Both the position numbers and the translations under genes were made by a program. DNA of 64,000 nt from Epithemia pelagica (lineage: Eukaryota; Protista; Bacillariophyta). Under the pieces are notes generated by a model. The model saw nothing but the letters and a program-made list of their open reading frames with translations, did no database searches and was not told the origin of the DNA. Numbering within the stretch: position 1 is the stretch's first letter; the number at the start of each line of letters is the position of its first letter. The stretch is from NCBI GenBank assembly GCA_946965045.2, contig OX337229.1, positions 1,240,001 through 1,304,000 of the forward strand, given 5' to 3'. Shown here in pieces: positions 35,095 through 48,726 of this stretch.

Positions 35095-37326
35095 TTAAAA
35101 CAACAAATCTTCCGACTCTCGAATCCGTTTCAAGACGGTTTGAGCATCGCGTTCCCATTGTTCCTGACTGGACCGAACCGGTTCGGAAAAGGGTCCATCT
35201 CGTCGGACGCGGGGCAGGACCGGGTCCACCTTTTGCCACCAGGCCCATCGTTCGCGGGGACAAAATCCCAAGAGGATAAACCAATCCAGCGGTGTGTACA
35301 GGGGAACATTGTAATTGGCCAAGAGTTCCTGGCCCTTGCGGAGGGGTCGAGGTTGACCGTGTCGGAGACTCCGTACCACAAAGGTCCCTCGAACATGGTC
35401 GGTATGATTTTTGAACAGTTTGCTCGATGGATGATTGTGCTGATGTTGATGGGTATACGAGACATGAGCATCGACAAAGTCTCCCCGCGCAATGCGTTCG
35501 GTACCATTCAATTCAATAAACCCTCCGGCATTGACATCGTGATTGATCAAATCCATCAGTGGCACGAGTCGGAGGGATCCATGTTCTTCGTGGCCGGCCG
35601 TGGCCCGGGACGACACAGTACACAGGGCCCATTTCAAATTGGCCAATTTGGACAAGCCGGGCGGTGTTTGAATGTACTCACCAAAATCATTGTACAAGCC
35701 ATTTTCAATCCGATCCGCGTACAAGGCGGCCTTGACAATTTCCGCCGACCAGCCTTCGACGTCCATGGCCAATTCATGCCGCATGGCTTCGAGGGCATCC
35801 AGCATTTGGGGTCGCAACGAACGGGAATACCCACACGTGGGTTCCTCCGGAAGCGTCAAGAGGTAGGGATACCATTTCGAATACCGACCCAATCCTCGTT
35901 CATGGGCCAAGAGCAGTGTGAGGAGGGCGGCATCGTCCAAGGAATGAAAATTGTGCTTGGTTTGAACCTCATCAGGAATCAAGGCGGACAAGGTTTCAAT
36001 CGCGACCGAGCGCGTCATTTGATACGACAGGGGAATGCGTAACAAGACTTCTTCTTGTTGATACAATTGCACGGGCGTTGGTTGTTCCGTCTCGTGGTGG
36101 TCCGGTGTATACAAGTGGGAGGCCAGGGTCGGTTCGGCGCCCAACAATTCTTGACATTTTTGGGGATTGTATTTGCGCAAACATTTTTGTCGCACTTGTT
36201 TGGTTTTGATCCAAGTGCGTTTTTCCGCCGAGGCTCCTGGTTTGCACTGGGTTTGACAGGAATGGTAGGAATCTTGGACCATGCCCAACCCTCGAATGGG
36301 ACCACTTGGTGCCGGTGACAGAAATCCCAGATCGGCATGGACATAGCCACCCTTTTCTCGAATCACGGCTTCCCGCAACAAGGCAAACACATGAGCATGG
36401 GTGGGATCGGCTTCTTCGGGAACCAGCAAGGGGAGGGGATCGTCCGACGAGTGTTGGTGTTGTTGTGCCGGAGTTGGGTGTGTCGATGCAAAGGGCCACC
36501 ACAACCACGAGATACCCTGGCGATTGGTTCGACTAGCTGTGATTCTACCATAGGCTTGCTGTGATGACGACGACAAGGACAGGACGGAGAGGATGGAATA
36601 CCACGTGGGACTGTTCCACGTGACCAATTGAAAGGCGGTCGACGATCTAATGGAACTCCCCAAGGCTTGTCGCCAGGGAGAAACAGTTCCGGAAAAATCA
36701 GTCCATCCCGCACCCATGGCATAGCCCAAGATACAACTCAACCCAATTCCACTCAAGACCATCCACGAATAATACGACGACGATGACGACCAATAAGTGC
36801 CTTGTGGTGGTTGTTGTGGTTGTTCCAGCGAAGAAGACGTATTGCTGTTGTTATTGTTAGTTGTGTTGGTCGCAAAGGACCAAAGACCACCCACCAAGGC
36901 TTGTGGGGACAATCGGGAAGAAAACTCGGCCAATCCACCGTGACCGGTACTGGCAGCCATGGTAGTAGTAGTATGGGAGGTGGTATTAGAGGAGGACAAT
37001 GGAGTTTGGTGGGGAGTGTTGTTGGTGTTGGTTTGACTCTTGATGTTTCCAGTGGTACTAGTACTAGTAGTAGTCGTCGTGGTGGCGGTAGTTCCAGTTT
37101 GTGATTGAGGTGGTTGCTGCTGCAATGGTAATTGACTCTTATCACTGCTCGGTGTAGCACCACTGCTCCCTGTACTGGTTGTTGTTGTTGTTGCCGCCGC
37201 CGAGGATGCGGCGGTTGTGGTGGGACCTCCTCCTCCTCCTCCTCCACGATGACGATGATGTTTGTGGGATCCAGCCTCGGCGGCGGATCCGGACTTGTGG
37301 TGTCCCACTTTTTTGTTTTTTCCCAT
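35095..37326 (-). CDS. SET-domain lysine methyltransferase of the Rubisco-LSMT/SETD3 class, with an N-terminal low-complexity region and one predicted TM helix
   Basis: EEVLLRIP, LLLAHER...SKWYPYLLTLP, WALCTVSSRA, LVPLMDLINH (NH motif) and GQELLANY; hydrophobic WMVLSGIGLSCILGYAMGAGW. Confidence 0.85.
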   Translation of the reverse strand: MGKNKKVGHHKSGSAAEAGSHKHHRHRGGGGGGGPTTTAASSAAATTTTTSTGSSGATPSSDKSQLPLQQQPPQSQTGTTATTTTTTSTSTTGNIKSQTNTNNTPHQTPLSSSNTTSHTTTTMAASTGHGGLAEFSSRLSPQALVGGLWSFATNTTNNNNSNTSSSLEQPQQPPQGTYWSSSSSYYSWMVLSGIGLSCILGYAMGAGWTDFSGTVSPWRQALGSSIRSSTAFQLVTWNSPTWYSILSVLSLSSSSQQAYGRITASRTNRQGISWLWWPFASTHPTPAQQHQHSSDDPLPLLVPEEADPTHAHVFALLREAVIREKGGYVHADLGFLSPAPSGPIRGLGMVQDSYHSCQTQCKPGASAEKRTWIKTKQVRQKCLRKYNPQKCQELLGAEPTLASHLYTPDHHETEQPTPVQLYQQEEVLLRIPLSYQMTRSVAIETLSALIPDEVQTKHNFHSLDDAALLTLLLAHERGLGRYSKWYPYLLTLPEEPTCGYSRSLRPQMLDALEAMRHELAMDVEGWSAEIVKAALYADRIENGLYNDFGEYIQTPPGLSKLANLKWALCTVSSRATAGHEEHGSLRLVPLMDLINHDVNAGGFIELNGTERIARGDFVDAHVSYTHQHQHNHPSSKLFKNHTDHVRGTFVVRSLRHGQPRPLRKGQELLANYNVPLYTPLDWFILLGFCPRERWAWWQKVDPVLPRVRRDGPFSEPVRSSQEQWERDAQTVLKRIRESEDLLF

Positions 37327-37628
37327 GGCAAACCACCTTTGTTGTCTTGCTTCTCTTGTTTCGAGCGAATGGTGCTGGTATAGAAAGAAGAGTTGTGTGT
37401 ATTGTTGTCAAAATCGTGGTGGCAATCTTCCTGAAACTACCCATCATTCAAATGTATAACTAATATATCACAAATAGTATTAGAACATAAGGTATGAGAT
37501 GGAGAGTAAAAATATGTGTGCCACCAGTGCTACGCATTGGCAACCATCCATCATACTCTCGACACATCAAGGAAAGAAACAAAAAAAGATCCAACGACGA
37601 CGACGACCCTCCCCCTTGCTGCCAGTGA

Positions 37629-40555
<2,927 letters not shown>

Positions 40556-40737
40556 CGACTACGAGGATATGGAAATTTATCTTGGCCAAGAGAATGGCAT
40601 GGTCTTACCACTGCCAGTAGCATCTCAAAGGGCCATGGACTTTCTCTTTGTGGATAGCATGTTCTTCCAAATTGCCAAAGGTGTCGGAGACACGAAAAGC
40701 AAGTGTAGAATGTAGAATTCCAAACGAGACCTGGGAG

Positions 40738-43700
40738 TTAACTTGCCACTTGGCCTGTAGGTGTCGAATTTGCCGCAATCTCATTAAAAGCTTCTAGCGC
40801 ATTGTTTTGTACATCACCTTCCTTGTTGTGTTCGAGTGTGGCCAATAACACCGCAACACCTCCGAGATCCACAATGCGGGCACGCACCGACGCTGAAAGG
40901 GAGGCCAAGGCCCACAACAAGCGACATGCCTCGCTCTGAAACTCGACCGCATCAGGATTTCGTTGCATACGTTCCATCAACACTGGCATGATTCCTCCGA
41001 CAACTTGGCACTGGTCCGGTTTGGCCAACACAACGTTTGTCAAAAATTGCAAGGCCGAATGTAGATAATCCGTTGAAGGGCTTTGACCACGAATCGTGTC
41101 CACCGTGCAAGAAACAGCACCAGCATCTAGAATAGCTGGAACTACCTCAGGTATCAAGGTCAAGCTGGTCAAGACGCCAGTTGCATAAATCAAAATTGGT
41201 TCGTTCTCGCGATGAATGAGCATTACGGACGTGGCAACTTCGACACCATTTTCATCCGAGAAAACTTTTTTATTCGCAGCCGACTCCACAAACATTCCAA
41301 GAAAAAGACTAAGACAAGAACTAACCAATTCAATGTCATCCAAGTGCGCACGCATCGCCTTAAGGAGGATATTGATCACCGTCTTGGATTCGGCTAAGCA
41401 TTCGGCGACGCGAAAGCCAACGTTGCAGAGAGTCGCACACCCGTTGGTCACAATGATCTTGGATTCTGGATGCCGAGACATGGCATCAATCACCAAATCA
41501 ACTGCATCGCTCGAAGAAAGGTGTTCTTGTATGTTCTTGTCTCGAGACGACAAGTTCCTGAGCCCTATACAGCACGATTCTTGGACTCTCTCACCTTCCG
41601 AACTGCTGTGTAAAGTCATGGCAAAGCAAATGAGTCCAATGGAATCCTTTTCGCAAGATTCTGCATTTGCATCAGTCGTGACCAGCATGGTCGAGATGAG
41701 CGTGAAGAGAATCTCTTGCAACCGAACGGAACTCTCGTACACGCGGCACAATCTCTTGATGGCGGCAAACACGACCTGTGATCGAAGGACAGCCTTGACA
41801 CGATCACACCCAATCGCCAAACTCAGCAACGCACAGGTAGATTCTTCGTGCAACGTTGCATCGTCATGGTCCATGATGAGTTGCGCAATCAACTCGACTC
41901 CTCCCCGATTGGCGAATAGGTTCTTGTCCATAGGTGTACTGGCTGCAATGTTGGCAATCAACGCCACGGCCTCGGTGCAAAGTGAAACACTCTCCTTCTT
42001 ATCCTTGGCGGCTTGGAACGCCAATAGAACGAGTTCATTGGGATCGGACGTAGCCAGGTTCTCATTGGTCATGACGTACAAATTGCTAATTGCGCCCAGG
42101 AGCGCTTCCAGAAGAGGCGTCGAGGACGACTTGACATTTTTGCGGAGAATGTCAACAATCGTTTGTAAAACAGAACCAGTCGGATCCAATGCTCCTTGCG
42201 CATTCTCACTGGCGGACAAACACCATACCAATCGTACAGCTTCGGCGACGGAATCTTGTAGACAATGCAACACCACAGTCAAACCCGAGCCTCCGTCGTC
42301 CAAGGTAGTTGCCGCTAGTACCGTTCGTTTGTTGGATTCGGCGTGGAAGGAAATCGTGCAGAGTTCATACAGGGCTCTCATGCACCATTTCAGGACCGAG
42401 ACGGAATTCCTATGCGCCGACATGGACAGGAGGACAACCGCTGCGGCTCCAGAGCTACTTCCGTCATCAACTTGCCCCTCGGTCAATCCTGATGCCGTTG
42501 CCAAGCAAACCAGAGCCCGACACGCAGTAATTTGAATATTTTCATTGTGTGAGAGCGATTGCATAACAAACAATAAGGCTTCCATTGCATTCCTTGCGGC
42601 TTCGGTTGCCAACATTGCCGTTGTTTCAAAGTTATCGTCTTTGTCTTTTCCATCTTGTTCTTTCTCAAAGGCAACTGTAGAAAGAAACATTTCAACTGCC
42701 TTTTCTTCTAGAGGTTCGTGCACCATGTGAGACCACATTGCTTGAGACAAGAATTCATAGCCTCGAGATTTTTGAAAGAGTAGTTTTGCTTTTTTCCCGC
42801 CAAACCACAGTTGATCGGTAATGGATTGCATGGTTGCTAGTTCTGGTGCTTCACTGGAGGAAGAGGAAGCCAAAAGCTTGGAAAGATACTCTGCGTTGTA
42901 ACCACCTACTTTTCCTCCCGAATCTGAAGCAATACCAGGTGCCATTCTCATGGAGGTAGAGATAGATAGTTCAAGAGTTTCCTTTGGTTGTGTGGTTGGC
43001 AGGCTTTCTGGCATGACAACAATTTCATGTTGTTGGGTTTCTGACTTACGATCCTCTTTGGCAGCAGTAGTATCCTTATCCACCCAGGTGGCTGAGGAGT
43101 CAAAAAAAATTTCTCTGCGCTCGGGTCGTTTGGTGACGGTCCCCTTCGGAGGTGCCAACGGTGAAAATGGAATATCAGCGGATATGGCTTCGGGCGAGGG
43201 ATAAATTTGTTCTTGAGGAGAATTGGGTGCGTGTGGATATTTCGAAACGCGAGCGCTTGCTTCCGTTGTAGCGGTGGTTGGTTTTGCACTGGTTCGGTTG
43301 TCGAAGGCAGCCGTAACGGCCCGATCGAGGGGTGCCGCCGGAGCGCCTTCTTCGTTAGTAGATTTGTTGGCATCCGAAACCGTTTTCCTACCCGACGAGG
43401 TGGTTGGACTTGCATTATCCTGGGTCGTTCGACCATGGCCATGGTGGTTGCCCTCATCTTCGTCGTCGTCCGTGAGCCGAAGCTGCTGATCGAGAGTGAT
43501 ACCTGATATAACAGTGCCTGCATCGTCTATTTCTCCACTTCCTCCACCGCTCTTTTCTTCAAGAGAAAGAAAACGAGGGACCGACTGATCTTGGGAATTT
43601 GAGAGCTTAGGAACAGGGTTTAAGTGTTCTTGCTGTTCTTTCGGAAGATAGGGATGACACCCCAGACACCGCCCCGCATCGACATGGCCTTTGATGGTCA

Positions 43701-43857
43701 AGGGAGTTTTCTTCTTGCCCAGAACTCCAATTTTGTACAGCTTGATTCCACATTTCGGACATTCTCCACGGCGTTGACGCTTCTCATGCAATTTCTTTTG
43801 ATCACCAAGCCGAGCAGCGTGGAACGGTGGCTCTTCTCCATGCTCCATCGAGCTCAT
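40738..43857 (-). CDS. Armadillo-repeat protein with an N-terminal CxxC...CxxC motif
   Basis: Repeated helical units (IQITACRALVCLA, VQESCCIGLRNLS, FQSEACRLLWALA); N-terminal GECPKCG...GRCLGCHP. Confidence 0.8.
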   Translation of the reverse strand: MSSMEHGEEPPFHAARLGDQKKLHEKRQRRGECPKCGIKLYKIGVLGKKKTPLTIKGHVDAGRCLGCHPYLPKEQQEHLNPVPKLSNSQDQSVPRFLSLEEKSGGGSGEIDDAGTVISGITLDQQLRLTDDDEDEGNHHGHGRTTQDNASPTTSSGRKTVSDANKSTNEEGAPAAPLDRAVTAAFDNRTSAKPTTATTEASARVSKYPHAPNSPQEQIYPSPEAISADIPFSPLAPPKGTVTKRPERREIFFDSSATWVDKDTTAAKEDRKSETQQHEIVVMPESLPTTQPKETLELSISTSMRMAPGIASDSGGKVGGYNAEYLSKLLASSSSSEAPELATMQSITDQLWFGGKKAKLLFQKSRGYEFLSQAMWSHMVHEPLEEKAVEMFLSTVAFEKEQDGKDKDDNFETTAMLATEAARNAMEALLFVMQSLSHNENIQITACRALVCLATASGLTEGQVDDGSSSGAAAVVLLSMSAHRNSVSVLKWCMRALYELCTISFHAESNKRTVLAATTLDDGGSGLTVVLHCLQDSVAEAVRLVWCLSASENAQGALDPTGSVLQTIVDILRKNVKSSSTPLLEALLGAISNLYVMTNENLATSDPNELVLLAFQAAKDKKESVSLCTEAVALIANIAASTPMDKNLFANRGGVELIAQLIMDHDDATLHEESTCALLSLAIGCDRVKAVLRSQVVFAAIKRLCRVYESSVRLQEILFTLISTMLVTTDANAESCEKDSIGLICFAMTLHSSSEGERVQESCCIGLRNLSSRDKNIQEHLSSSDAVDLVIDAMSRHPESKIIVTNGCATLCNVGFRVAECLAESKTVINILLKAMRAHLDDIELVSSCLSLFLGMFVESAANKKVFSDENGVEVATSVMLIHRENEPILIYATGVLTSLTLIPEVVPAILDAGAVSCTVDTIRGQSPSTDYLHSALQFLTNVVLAKPDQCQVVGGIMPVLMERMQRNPDAVEFQSEACRLLWALASLSASVRARIVDLGGVAVLLATLEHNKEGDVQNNALEAFNEIAANSTPTGQVAS

Positions 43858-44339
43858 TTATTGATTCAGCAAAAAGAGAATGAAAAATGAGGGGTGCAGG
43901 TCATTACAATAGGGCGACCCTTTTAAAATTTGGGGAGAGTGGAGAGTGGTGCGCTCTCACCTCACGCAAGCCAAAATACAAGCTGAGTTCAGACAGAATG
44001 TTCCTGTCGTAGCGCTCCAGTAGGAAATCTACGTAATACGCGCCAGCCATCTTTGTTTATATAGCCCGTATAAGGCCGACCCTTAACGCCATTCGTAAGG
44101 AACGCGTTTTAAGCACTAGCGAGCAACCAATTTACTACTCGCATAAAATTTATGGGATTAGTGGTTATGCTCGCTTATACTGCTCGCGCCTTAACCGTGT
44201 TTGAAAACAGATCGTTTTAACTCTCCGCCAGCATCATTTTTGTTGCTTTCATCGCGCTGTAGTATCCAATGCATTGACTGATCTCATTGCACTATGTCAT
44301 TGGGATCATTGAATTGTCAAACCAAACCACAACGCAACC

Positions 44340-45006
44340 ATGGATGACCCGGGTATGATGGAAGGTGTGTTTGTACGGAACGATTATACCAAAAGTTGTT
44401 ATCGCACCCATTGACGATGCGCAAATGATCCTCACCTCATTTTTGTTTTGTCTTTTAGCATTCAGCGAATCTGTCGACATTGCAGAAACCCACCTCCCCG
44501 ACAACAACTGTTCATCAAGTGGAGTGTTTGTGCCCTTTACCCTGCAGAAGTCTCTTGTCATGACAACAAATCAGGACGGCAACGTAGTTCACCAAGCCAA
44601 AGAACGCACTGAAACCCGCTTTATTCCTGAAGAATACGCGACGATGGAAAGCATTGACCGCATCCTTCATGAATTGAACAATACTCAACAGTCTTCTAGC
44701 AATAAACATGGATACATGTTTTGGGAGAATGTTTGCCCCGTTTGCAAACTCAACCCGTGCCAAGTTGTTGAGCACCTCCCTTACATGCACGATATTGCGA
44801 CGCACCTCAAGGGCCTTGGTAAGCCTAACCGTTCCATACGCTACCATTTGTACCGCCGCCTTACCAACAAGCTCTATGGCACACTGGGGAAGGGCAACCG
44901 TGTTGAACTACCTCCTTGCCTAGTGGACTTTGTCCTTGAAAATTTCCCGAATGAAAACACAGACGACCCTTATACTGGTTTCATTCCTGCTCCTACTGAC
45001 CATTAG
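44340..45006 (+). CDS. 186-aa KolX/P2X7 cytoplasmic-ballast-like protein; exons 44340-44352 and 44459-45006
   Basis: CPVC...PC followed by RYHLYRRLTNKLYGTLGKGNRVELPPCLVDFVLENFP...YTGF. The intron GTATGA...TTTTGTCTTTTAG (44353-44458) restores an ATG-started frame of 561 nt. Confidence 0.7.
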
Positions 45007-45089
45007 GCAACACAGGGAGTCAATACATCCTCGTAGTAGTAACTGAATATTGCTTAGAATGTCAATTTGATATGTTGATCTGTTTTTTA

Positions 45090-48000
45090 CTACACTGCCT
45101 CAAACTCTTCATCATCTTCGTCGTTATCTTCGTTGTTCTCATTGTCTGTATTTGATGCATCCGACTCTTCATTCTCATTTTGTCGTCTTCGTCTACGTGG
45201 TTGCGTTTCTCCGGCTCCTTGGCGTGTTCTTTTCCGAGTCAACGTTGATGTCAAGCCTTGTGCTTCCCGTAGTTCCGCCACAACGGGATGGTTCTTTCTC
45301 ACCGTGTATGTGTACCGAGACCCCTCGTCTGCCTCCACGAAAATCTCTTTTCCTGTTGATGAGTGCAAGATTTCGAAGCACGTCTTGTTCTGAAACTCAG
45401 GCCGGTTGTGGATTTTCCAGCCTTCTTCTCCTTTGTGTTGGCAAGCCACCGTGTGGGCCGCAATCCCACACTTGACGCATCTCCCAACGTTCTTGAATAA
45501 CCCACCCATCTTAAGTTCTTGCTTCTTCCATCTATATTCCAGCATACACACAGCACATCCAACTTGTTTGTTGCTTTCTACCGCCACTGGGTAGTGCCCA
45601 TCGTTACATGTTGATTCGTTGTTGTTTCTTGTCCGACGAGCCAAAGCATCTACTTCCTGAGGAGCGACGTAGCTGCACATTGTTTGGGCAATGATTGTGT
45701 AAAATGCATGCCGCGACAACTTCGTTTTACGGGAACGAGGACGATTGCCTGCTGCAAGGTTCCAAGCAATATAACTGTTGAGTAGCATACAATCAATCAC
45801 AGCGAAGCCAGATTTCTTATACCATTTCTTGAAGTGTGAATGGGTTGCAAATCCTCCGAACTGAAACCTCATCTGGTCACCATTATCAACGCCGCCCATA
45901 TTCATTTGGTACCGTATAAGCGGTACAGGGCAAACAAACTCCACTTTCTGACTGCCCACTTGGCGGAGGACGATCCCACTTCCAGAATCTTCGTAGGAAC
46001 TTACGAAGTTCACCGTTTTCGAATCCACCCACTGCCCGAAGATGAGCCCATTCACCGGATCATGAAACAAGATGCAATTACCCCGATTTGTCTTTGTCCG
46101 CTTCAAATTCAACTTGGTTCGATTCCAACCAATCCTATTGGCCCGACATGTCCCAGTGGAAAAAAGACGGAGCCGGTCGCGGAGGATGACCGCCAACTTC
46201 GGAGCAGCGTATCGATTGTCCATCGACAGATGCCGGTAACCATCTGTCAACTTGTGGATGCCCAATGCGTAACAGGCGTTGACGACTGCCTTCATGGTAG
46301 TAGGGAGCTGTTTAGCTTCCGGCCGTATGTAGGCATTGGACGTGTTTTTTCCTTGATAAACGTCCAGATGAAGAATTGCGTAGGTGGAAGAAGAAGACAA
46401 TATAAAAAAATCAACCCGAAACTTCTGGGGTTTATCTTTGTTATACTGTCTCACCGGACAGTACCGTGACCTGCATCCAATGCCACCTTCGTCGAACGCC
46501 ATGTCTTTGGGGATCCGGAAGCTACGTTTTGAAGCTGCGTTGAGGGCTGTGATCAACTTCCGTAACTGATGGCATTTGTCACCACCACGCCTGCTTGGAC
46601 TCTCCTCGAAGTGGAAAGCCCCCCGAATCTGCCGGAAACGTGCTAACTTCATATATTGACTGGCCCATCCTGCGCTATCTTTGATTTCAATAGCCGGTTG
46701 GCCGGCCCCGACATTATACATGCGATTTGTAGTTTGAAAATATGCACCGTATCCTCCTCCGTCGACGGGACGAAGGGACATCATCAGGATGATCCCTAGA
46801 AATCTCGTCATCTCTTCGAGAGTGACATTCTGCCACTTTTGTGAGTGGTAGTATCCACGACGAGACACCAGGTTTGGTTTTATCTTCTCGTGGAAATAAA
46901 CATTCGTAGCAGTTGCCATATCTGCTATCAGCGAGTTTGACAGGCCACCAACAAACTGGAAACATTGGTATGGATTGGTAAAGTTGTCACTAACTCCATT
47001 CCTGAGACCATCTGGTCCACTGTACATGGAACGATGATTCGCGTCTTTTCCAATCCATTCGGTAGGTTCAGCCGAAAGTTCTGTCTCTTGATATGAAAAT
47101 ACCAACGCATCCATGAGTTGACGAATGGTTTGTTCTGGTTGGTTGTTCTCATTTGTCTCATTTGTGTTTTGTTGTGCTGCATTTGTGTTTTGTTGTGGAG
47201 GGGGCACGGGAGGGGGTGTTTCTTCAGTTTCCTCTTCATCCTCATCGTCCGAATCATTCTGGTCCTCCAGTGGATTGTCTGGGCGTGGAACTTGTTCGTC
47301 TTGTTCCAAATCGTCGTCTGGGTCCGCTCCATCTTCGTCCGATTCAGAATCACTTGAGTCCTCTGTGTCATTGGGTCGTCGTCGAAGTCGCCGACTATGC
47401 ATTGACGCGTTCTCTGTCGCGGTACCAGATTCTCCATTAGTGACAGTACTGCCGCTCCCAAAAAGGCGTATGGGACGAGAGTCAGGATTGGTTGGAGGTG
47501 TGTTGCCTGTAATGCCTTGACTTGGCTGGTTGTCTGTGAGATTGGACAGAGCAGGTGACCCATCTTCTGCAGCTGCAGTTCGGAGTTGAGCGCGACGTTG
47601 GGCCCTTTCAATTGTCGATGGGATGTCTTGGTTATCAGAATTGTCGTCATCTTGGGGAGAAGGCAAATCAGGTTCATTGGAATCGTGCGAAAGTGGGGTT
47701 TCACTTTCCCGATTATTGCCACGGGTCGAAGACATCGAAAGCTGCTGTGTATTGTTTGTCTGCGTGACTTGGTTCAAAGTTGGCTGTGTATTGTCGGTCT
47801 GGGTCAAGGTGGTGGAAGTTTGTTGTGTATTATTGGCGGTTGGAGACAATTGGTTACGACGAGAATCCGGAGCGGCGTTGTTGTTGTTGGTCGTAGAGGT
47901 ATTTCCCGTCGAATCCTGACGACGTTTCCAATCGTCGTAGGCAGAGATGTAGTCTTTGAGGAGATCCTTGAAATACTGGGTCGACGGGTAATGACGGCAT

Positions 48001-48377
48001 ACCCAAGCTGGATCAAGATTTGGGTGGTCAGCTTGGTTCCAAAATACAACATAAACGTTTCCATTCTTGTTCGTTGGACAGGCTTGGATCTGTCCCTGAA
48101 GCAACAACGGCGCGCTCACTGTTCGACCAGGAAATGTGGCAGTGAACCGGTTGAGAAAATTCCGATCGAGCCAGAATGAATGTGGAGCGATCAACTTTCT
48201 TCTTGCGTAGGAGAACCGATTGCGTTGTTGTGGCTGTCGTCGCGTAGGAACAGAAACTGGTCTGGAGGATGCTTGACTTGATTCGTTGGCTTCTTGAGAT
48301 GAATCGAGTAACGACTGAGAGTACGCACTCTGTGACGTTTGGGTCTCTCCGGCCGAATTGATCGAGGTTGACGACAT
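45090..48377 (-). CDS. piggyBac-family DDD transposase, 1095 aa, uninterrupted
   Basis: EEMTRFLGIILMM, MKLARFRQIR, AFDEGG (D1), QYNKDKPQKF, MDNRY (D2), STGTCRANR, WVDSKTV, YQMNMGGVDNGDQ (D3), KKWYKK and NSYIAW; Cys/His-rich C-terminal domain. Confidence 0.95.
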   Translation of the reverse strand: MSSTSINSAGETQTSQSAYSQSLLDSSQEANESSQASSRPVSVPTRRQPQQRNRFSYARRKLIAPHSFWLDRNFLNRFTATFPGRTVSAPLLLQGQIQACPTNKNGNVYVVFWNQADHPNLDPAWVCRHYPSTQYFKDLLKDYISAYDDWKRRQDSTGNTSTTNNNNAAPDSRRNQLSPTANNTQQTSTTLTQTDNTQPTLNQVTQTNNTQQLSMSSTRGNNRESETPLSHDSNEPDLPSPQDDDNSDNQDIPSTIERAQRRAQLRTAAAEDGSPALSNLTDNQPSQGITGNTPPTNPDSRPIRLFGSGSTVTNGESGTATENASMHSRRLRRRPNDTEDSSDSESDEDGADPDDDLEQDEQVPRPDNPLEDQNDSDDEDEEETEETPPPVPPPQQNTNAAQQNTNETNENNQPEQTIRQLMDALVFSYQETELSAEPTEWIGKDANHRSMYSGPDGLRNGVSDNFTNPYQCFQFVGGLSNSLIADMATATNVYFHEKIKPNLVSRRGYYHSQKWQNVTLEEMTRFLGIILMMSLRPVDGGGYGAYFQTTNRMYNVGAGQPAIEIKDSAGWASQYMKLARFRQIRGAFHFEESPSRRGGDKCHQLRKLITALNAASKRSFRIPKDMAFDEGGIGCRSRYCPVRQYNKDKPQKFRVDFFILSSSSTYAILHLDVYQGKNTSNAYIRPEAKQLPTTMKAVVNACYALGIHKLTDGYRHLSMDNRYAAPKLAVILRDRLRLFSTGTCRANRIGWNRTKLNLKRTKTNRGNCILFHDPVNGLIFGQWVDSKTVNFVSSYEDSGSGIVLRQVGSQKVEFVCPVPLIRYQMNMGGVDNGDQMRFQFGGFATHSHFKKWYKKSGFAVIDCMLLNSYIAWNLAAGNRPRSRKTKLSRHAFYTIIAQTMCSYVAPQEVDALARRTRNNNESTCNDGHYPVAVESNKQVGCAVCMLEYRWKKQELKMGGLFKNVGRCVKCGIAAHTVACQHKGEEGWKIHNRPEFQNKTCFEILHSSTGKEIFVEADEGSRYTYTVRKNHPVVAELREAQGLTSTLTRKRTRQGAGETQPRRRRRQNENEESDASNTDNENNEDNDEDDEEFEAV

Positions 48378-48726
48378 ATCCTTCCGTACACCACTTCTTG
48401 ATGTTATTATGGACTTGAATGGAGATTGCCGACACTCGAAACGACTTTTAGAATGTAGGAGTTATGGTCAAAGTCGGACCTCTATCGTCAAGGAAGAAAA
48501 ATGAGGGAAAGTAGCGATTTTTTGAACGAGGAAACGACCATCACAACTTGAGAATTAGTGTAGGGTGTCATATACCAAAACGCTCCAAATGACGAGATCT
48601 ATCAGAATGACGGGTCAAAAAGGAGATGACGTGGATATTGACGACGTAGGGTGGAAAGGAAATTAAGCGAGTAGTGTATTTACTACTCAAAATTATGCTA
48701 GTAGTGTATTTACTGCCCGATTACTA

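Noticed and set aside
43911-43922. AGGGCGACCCTT as an alternative left terminus (would give an AAT duplication)
   Set aside because: It matches the right end less well (2 mismatches) than 44074 does, has no adjacent subterminal repeats, and lies 55 bp from the ARM gene start.
44061-44070. ATAGCCCGTA shared between the piggyBac left flank and the pogo-like left end (58400-58409)
   Set aside because: A single 10-mer match in 64 kb is within chance expectation, and there is no extended similarity.
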